Source: Histomonas meleagridis 2922-C6/04-290x
Lineage: Eukaryota; Protista; Parabasalia
Reading direction: 5' to 3'
NCBI GenBank assembly: GCA_020184695.1
Contig: JAANOX010000279.1
Coordinates: 124,001 to 188,000 of the forward strand
Length of the DNA stretch: 64,000 nt
A program made the position numbers and the translations under genes. Under the pieces are notes generated by a model. The model did not search any database and was not told the DNA's origin. It saw only the letters and a list, made by a program, of their open reading frames with translations. Every line of letters begins with the position of its first letter. Position 1 is the first letter of the stretch. Positions 57,686-64,000 of the stretch are shown here, in pieces.

Positions 57686-60600
57686 ATGGCTTCTTCCAAT
57701 CAAGAAATAAAAAATGAATATCTAGACATTTTAAAATCACTTAATTACATTATTTTTGGGCTAAAAGAAAATAATGTTAAAGAAGTTATCCAAAAAATAG
57801 CAAAAATTTTTGATACAAATAACCCATACTCTTCTATATCAATCATTTGTAATATTGCTTTTTGTTTTTATTGCTCACATGGTTATGATGCAGATTTACT
57901 TTTGAAGTTCCATTGAACTGGGAAATTTCTTCAATAAAAATGAAATTAACATTGTAAAAATTTTTACTAAGTCACTTAAGAGATTATTTAACACAAGTGG
58001 AGGGAATTATATTATAGAAAAAATGTATGAACAAAATTTAATTTCTTCTAAATATTTCGATGATATTTATTCAACATATTTTATACAATTTGATAAAGAA
58101 AATAATATCGAGAAATTAAAGAAATATCCAAGATATTCTGATGATTTCTTTGAGAAAAAATTAGCAACTATATTATGGCGTAAATTTATCCAAAACGTTG
58201 AAGAACTTTCAAAGAATGATTGGGAACTTCATAAGCAATTAGCAAAAGAAGGAGTTAATCCGAATGAAATTACAAAAATCATTCGAAATGATGAAATAGA
58301 AAAACTTCAAGAAATATCATCACAAACAAATTTCAATTTTAATCAAATAATTGAACCATCACTTTATGAAAGATATTCATTTATTAACAAACCAAATGTT
58401 ACATTAATTGATTATGCAGCATTTTTTTCTTCAGTTAAATGTTTCAAATATTTACTTATGAACAATGCAAATGTAGAAGATACAGGTAAATATGCAATTG
58501 CAGGTGGAAATGAAGAAATCATTCATTTATGTGAACAAAATCATTCATCATTTGAAGGTGCATATGAAACTGCAATTGAATTCCATCGAAATGATGTCTT
58601 TTATTATGTTTATGAAAATAAATTAGAAGAGATTGATACGTTAGAAGAATTAGGAGAAAGTTGTATTTTATATAATAATTATGAAATTTTTGCATTCTTG
58701 CTAAAAAAAGGAATGAAAATTGATGATGACATTATTGATGAGACAGCAAGAATTGGAAATATATTTCTCTTGAAATATTTACTACAAAGCAATCAAATTC
58801 CAAAAGATATTTTAATTTTTTCTGTAAGATCAAATAATCGTGAACTTGTTAAATATCTTTTAGAACAAAAAGGAATTGATCCTAATGCCAAAGGTAACTA
58901 ATTATTTTATTTGAGATTTTTTTAATTAGCTTTGGGATTCAAAATAATATTTGGAAATTATTCAAAATATATGAAACAACGCTCGCGTTTGCATCACAAA
59001 AAGGTTATAAAAAAATAGTTCAATTACTTCTTGAACAAGAAGGAATTGATATTAATGCTAAAGACATTGATTTGTTTTTATTAAAATTTATATTAATAAT
59101 TTGAAAATTCAAAATAATTTTTGGAAATTGTTTAAATTATTTAATACAGCACTTATGGAAGCGTCTTGGAATGGCCGTACAAAAACTGTTAAATTACTTC
59201 TTGAACAAGAAGGAATTGATATTAATGCTAAAAATATTTATTCGTTCTATTTTATATTTATTTTAATAATTTTATATTTCAAAACAATATTTGATAACTA
59301 CTCAAATTGTTTGATACAGCACTTATGTTTGCTTCTAAAAATGGTCACAGAGAAGTAGTTAAATTACTTCATGAACAAAATGGAATTGATATCAATGCTA
59401 ATAATTTTTATTTGTTTTGTTATGCGTTTGTTGTTAATATTTGCTATTTCAAAATCATTTTTGGGAATTATTTAGATTATTTCAAACAGCTTTTATATAT
59501 GCATGTCTCTTTAAACATATAAAAATTATTGAACTACTTCTTAAACAAAAGACAATTGATATCAACGCTAAAGATATTTACATATTTTGTTTACTATTTA
59601 TTTAAATAATTTGAATTTTCAATTTAATGTTTGGTATTTAAATTTAATATTTTTTACAGCATTTATGTGTGCATCTCATGATGGTAATATAGAAGTGGTT
59701 CAATTACTTCTTAAACAAGAAGGAATTGATATAAATGCTAAAGATATTTATTCTTTTTATGTAAAAATTCTTATAATAATTTCGTATTTTAACATAATAT
59801 TCGGAAATTATTTTGATAAGTTAAAACAGCATTTTATTATGCTGTAAAAAGAAATAAAACAGATGTGGTTGAATTACTTTTAAATCAAAAAGGAATTGAT
59901 ACCAATGTTAAAACTATTTATTTTATTAAAATAAAATTCGTTTTATTTATACGAAATTTATTTGAATAATTTGAAATTTGTTTAAATAATTTGAAATTTG
60001 TTTGAATAATATGAAATTTGTTTTAATATTTTGATTTTTATTTTGATAAAATGAAATTTGTTTTAATTTTTTGATTTTTATTTTAATAATTTGAAAATTC
60101 AATATAATATTCGGAAATAATTTTAATTATTTAAAACAGCACTTATTTGGGCATCTTCAAATGGTAATATAGAAATCGTTAAATTACTTCTTGAACAAGA
60201 AGTAATTGATATTAATGCTAAAGATATTTATTTGCTTTATTTAAAATTTATTTTAATGATTTGATATTTCAAAATAATATTTGGAAATTATTTAAATTAT
60301 TTAAAACAGCACTTATGTATGTATCCCAAAATGGCGAGACAGAAATCGTTAAATTACTTCTTGAACAAGAAGGAATTGATATTAATGCTAAAGATATTTA
60401 TTTGCTTTATTTAAAATTTATTTTAATAATTTCTTATTTCAAAATAATATTTGGAAATTTTTTAAATTATTTAATACAGCACTTATGTTTGCATCTTGGA
60501 ATGGTCATACAGAAATAGTTAAATTACTTCTTGAACAAGAAGGAATTGATATTAATGCTAAAGATATTTATTTGTTTTATTTAAAATTTATTTTAATAAT

Positions 60601-61233
60601 TTGGGATTTCAAAATAATCTTTGGAAATTATTTAAATTATTTAATACAGCACTTATTTTGGCATCTTCTTATGGTCATACAGAAATAGTTAAATTACTTC
60701 TTGAACAAGAAGGAATTGATATTAATGCTAAAGATATTTATTTGTTTTATTTAATATTTATTTTAATGATTTGAAAATTCAAAACAATATTTGAAAATTA
60801 TTTAAAATATTTGATACAGCACTTATTTGGACATCTTATAATGGTCATACAGATATAGTTAAATTACTTCTTGAGCAAGAAGGAATTGATATTAACACTA
60901 AAGGTATTTATTTGTTTTATTTGATATTTATTTTAATAATTTGAAATTTAAAAATAATATTTGGAAATTATTTAAAATATTTGATACAGCACTTATTATA
61001 GCATCTTATAATGGTTATACAGAAATAGTTAAATTACTTCTTGAACAAGACGGAATTGATATTAATACGAAAGATATTTATTTATTTTATTTAAATTTTA
61101 TTTCAATAATTTGATAATTTTATGGAATATTTGGAAATTGTTCAAAATATTTAAAACAGCATTTATTTATGCATCTGAAAATGATCACATAGAAATTGTT
61201 AAAATACTTAAACATTATATAAACAAAGAATAA
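57686..61233 (+). CDS. DUF3447-ankyrin gene F with 13 interrupted loops (59 elements); one +1 C frameshift near 57910 (pseudogene or assembly error)
   Basis: Blocks start at 58896, 59066, 59236, 59406, 59576, 59746, 59916 (220 nt), 60226, 60396, 60566, 60736, 60906 and 61076. From ATG 58023, 3211-59x17=2208 nt (in frame). Ends ...HIEIVKILKHYINKE*. Confidence 0.8.
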
Positions 61234-61468
61234 TTATTCTATTTTTTCTATAGAAAATTAAAAAAAAAATAACAATTATGAACTATTTTAATAAAATTCG
61301 AATGGGAAGAAATATATATTAAATTTCATTTTGACTTTATTATTTGTTGTAACCATATCGAAATATGAAAATTTATTTTACTTTCTTAAGAAATATCACC
61401 TAAAACGTAAAACTACAATTTCGGTTATTGTCACTTTTCAAACAAGCAAGCAAACGTTCAACAGAAAA

Positions 61469-63898
61469 ATGGCTTCGAAGGTAGAGCTAAAAACAAGTGA
61501 TTTTAACAAATATTTCAAATTCAACCTTGGGGCCTTTATTGTAGACGTAGTTCCAAATATTAATTTCAATATTTACGACTATTTTGAAATCGAAGTTCCA
61601 AATTCACTTTTCGAGGAATGGGATTTTGAAGAACCATTCCCATTCTATTGTGAAGCTGAGTGTTCTATTCTTTCAGATGGACATCAACTTATCTGCCCTG
61701 TTTATGTTTCATCAGATCAATATGGTCCACCAGTTAATCCTATATTCCCTCCTATATCTATATTTCATTTCATTTCACGCGAGCAGCATTTTTTCAATTG
61801 GAATATCAATATTGAACTTCCAATTTTATATCGTGAATTACCATCGAATGCAGTTCTTTCCATAAAGTTTTATGCCCGACTTTTTGATTCTGATCCAAAA
61901 CTTATAGGTGAATCATCTATTCCTATATTCACTCGCATGAAGAAAAAGTTTCGAAATGGTCCTTTTATTCTTACCTTTGATGATTCCCCAGAAACCAAAC
62001 TACAGAAGCATCTACGTCATATTGTTACCAAAAAAGAGACTTCTTTTCAATTCATTGATGACACTTTCTTTGATATTGTTTCTTCATTACATCCATCTGA
62101 TTCCGAAAAATTCTTCCAAGCTCTCCTTGACCCCCTCACACCAATCGAGCTATCAAGCGCTTCTAAATTCGCTAAAGTCACAATCTTTTCGCCATACCAA
62201 GAAGACCCATCAATGACCGTTTACTATAGTCCGCTCATTTTGAATTCTATCGGCACGTCGCCACTTTTCAACCCGTGTCAGAAGCTATATCATGATCTTG
62301 CTCGTTCTCAATCGTTTACCAAGAGTGGGTATATGAAAGATGCTAATCTAGCCGAGCGCCTTAATCTTGTTAAGTCACTTCCACCATTAGCTGATGTTTC
62401 TTCTTACAAAGATCTTTTACGTACGTTTTATCATGAATGTCTTAATGACCAAGCGTTGTTACCAGCATTATTCCGTTCGATTAAATGGGATGAAGATGAA
62501 GCTAATCAAGTTTTAGAAGAATTAAAAACATTTGAAACAATTGATATCGAATATGCTCTCGAATTCTTTACTAATCGTTATGAAATACAACCGATACGAG
62601 AATTTGCTGTACGATGTATCTCTAAGGTCCCACGAGAAGAACTTCAACTTTACATTCCACAGATATTGCAGGCGGTTAAACAACGATACACAAACGGTCT
62701 CACCGAAATTTTATTGAGTCATGCGAAAGAAGACGTTTTGTTTGCGTCGTACTTATATTGGAACGCTTCTATTGAAAAGGATGACGAGAAAATAGGCGCA
62801 TTATATAATTCTCTTCTAGAAACTGTATCAGAAGAAGTTCATGAGTCATTAATGCTTCAAACAAATCTGATACAATCAGTTGAAAAATTCCTTAAAGCTG
62901 CACAAGAAGGAAGTAAAACACCACAAGCAGTAAAGGATAAGGCAACAAAGCTATTGTTGGAAGACCCAGAACATTCGAAACTTCAACATTTTACAAGAAC
63001 AAGATTACCATTTAAACCTGAATTGTTTACTGTAGGAATTAACCCGAATAATATTAGATGCTTCCAGTCTAAGTTAAAGCCTGTAATGTTAGATTTCATA
63101 ATTGACGATGGAACTGATTTCAAAGTTATATTCAAGATTGGCGATGACATGAGACAAGATCAATTAATCATCCAACTGTTTAGAGTGATGGATACTATTT
63201 TCAAGAATGCATCTTTAGACCTTTTAATTACACCATATGCAACTCTTGCATTTTCTGCATCTTTTGGATGTTGCGAATTTGTTGAAAATTCGAAGGCTAT
63301 ACGTGATATTAAAGATAGTGAGACTGGTCCTAAGACGATTCGAGGTTTTCTTGAAGAAGAATCTAATTGTTGTAATTTTACCATTCAAGAAAAGATTGAG
63401 CGGTTCACCAAGTCATTAGCCGCTTATTGTGTGATGACTTATGTCCTTAAAATAGGTGACCGACATGATAACAACATCCTCGTGACGAGGGATGGCCGTT
63501 TGCTCCACATCGACTACGGTTACATCCTTGGTGATGTGACAAAACCGTTTACGCCACCGTTAAAATTGAGTCAAGAAATGGTTGATGTGATTGGGCCCGA
63601 TGGCTTGGATCAGATATGTAATTGGGCTGGCCCTGCGTTTAACAGCTTAAGGAAGAGGGCGAGATTGATACTTGTGTTGATTGAATTGATGTTTACCGCA
63701 CCATTAAATTGTTTTAAAGAAGACCCTTTTAGTAGATTACATAAGGTGGAAAATAACTTGCAGCTGAATTGTTCCGAAATAGAAGCATTTAACGTGTTGA
63801 AACAAGCTTTCTCAAACTCACTTAACTCAATGGCACAGAAACTATGGGAGGCTGTGCACGGTATGGCTATAACTGCAACAGCACCTTCATCGCAATGA
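61469..63898 (+). CDS. VPS34: Class III phosphatidylinositol 3-kinase (Vps34)
   Basis: C2, helical and kinase domains; FKIGDDMRQDQL, TYVLKIGDRHDNN and HIDYGYILG. First ATG at 61469. Confidence 0.92.
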   Translation: MASKVELKTSDFNKYFKFNLGAFIVDVVPNINFNIYDYFEIEVPNSLFEEWDFEEPFPFYCEAECSILSDGHQLICPVYVSSDQYGPPVNPIFPPISIFHFISREQHFFNWNINIELPILYRELPSNAVLSIKFYARLFDSDPKLIGESSIPIFTRMKKKFRNGPFILTFDDSPETKLQKHLRHIVTKKETSFQFIDDTFFDIVSSLHPSDSEKFFQALLDPLTPIELSSASKFAKVTIFSPYQEDPSMTVYYSPLILNSIGTSPLFNPCQKLYHDLARSQSFTKSGYMKDANLAERLNLVKSLPPLADVSSYKDLLRTFYHECLNDQALLPALFRSIKWDEDEANQVLEELKTFETIDIEYALEFFTNRYEIQPIREFAVRCISKVPREELQLYIPQILQAVKQRYTNGLTEILLSHAKEDVLFASYLYWNASIEKDDEKIGALYNSLLETVSEEVHESLMLQTNLIQSVEKFLKAAQEGSKTPQAVKDKATKLLLEDPEHSKLQHFTRTRLPFKPELFTVGINPNNIRCFQSKLKPVMLDFIIDDGTDFKVIFKIGDDMRQDQLIIQLFRVMDTIFKNASLDLLITPYATLAFSASFGCCEFVENSKAIRDIKDSETGPKTIRGFLEEESNCCNFTIQEKIERFTKSLAAYCVMTYVLKIGDRHDNNILVTRDGRLLHIDYGYILGDVTKPFTPPLKLSQEMVDVIGPDGLDQICNWAGPAFNSLRKRARLILVLIELMFTAPLNCFKEDPFSRLHKVENNLQLNCSEIEAFNVLKQAFSNSLNSMAQKLWEAVHGMAITATAPSSQ

Positions 63899-64000
63899 GA
63901 TGCGAACAGTAGAATTGTGACCAAAATATCAAATAAAACGTTTTTGCATATTGTTTTGTTTGTTGATTTGCATTAAATAAAAAGAATTTGATATCTGAAA

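Noticed and set aside
60246-60302. Conserved hairpin (AATAATTT/AAATTATT; TTCAAA/TTTGGA) as the excision signal
   Set aside because: Plausible in A/C/D/F-type blocks but not preserved in B or E, and such pairing is expected by chance in A/T-only sequence. A covariation analysis would be needed.
60226-60305. One conventional GT-AG or AT-AC intron per block (e.g. using ACAG or GT in TTG TTT)
   Set aside because: The termini are not conserved across copies, the junctions give the wrong frame or delete D/T, and the model cannot explain 20-, 40- or 63-nt blocks.
58896-61155. CRISPR-like repeat/spacer array (170-nt period)
   Set aside because: The conserved part is coding ankyrin sequence, the 'spacers' are homologous to each other, there are no cas genes, and the context is eukaryotic.

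Overview
Eukaryotic, strongly AT-rich, gene-dense and essentially intron-free DNA, most consistent with a parabasalid (Tritrichomonas/Trichomonas-like). This is inferred from Inr (TCAYT) and M5 (CCTTT) core-promoter motifs, expanded DUF3447-ankyrin genes and bacterial-type metabolic genes. Ordinary genes include a DOCK GEF, eS27, eS1, a WD40 protein, SCAMP, AP-1 gamma, a NEK kinase, an acyl-CoA synthetase, Sec61beta, an old yellow enzyme, ERG8-type phosphomevalonate kinase, a YgeW-type carbamoyltransferase, an SPG15-like protein, Vps34 and tRNA-Arg(ACG). There is also a P-like transposon with TIRs and an 8-bp TSD. MAIN FINDING: six ankyrin-repeat loci (A 9276-10976+, B 11656-15204-, C 28391-30620+, D 34038-35819+, E 54217-56568-, F 57686-61233+) look shattered in the ORF track. 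However, each AT-rich interruption, nearly always in the ankyrin beta-turn, parses by hand as tandem modules of a 17-nt non-coding element (roughly RTTT...TTT, almost never GT-AG) plus one codon. I counted about 207 elements in 59 blocks. Deleting the 17-mers restores the frame and spells canonical ankyrin loops (KD-KDGK-TAL, RD-EDGK-TPL, KD-DWGY-TAL, QS-KYGW-NAL), with no stop among the retained single codons. A, B and E become complete ORFs ending in capped repeats; C, D and F carry separate lesions. This implies an undescribed (to my knowledge) fixed-length skipping system with 3-nt exons. The mechanism (RNA processing, ribosome or polymerase skipping, or DNA excision) cannot be determined from DNA alone.
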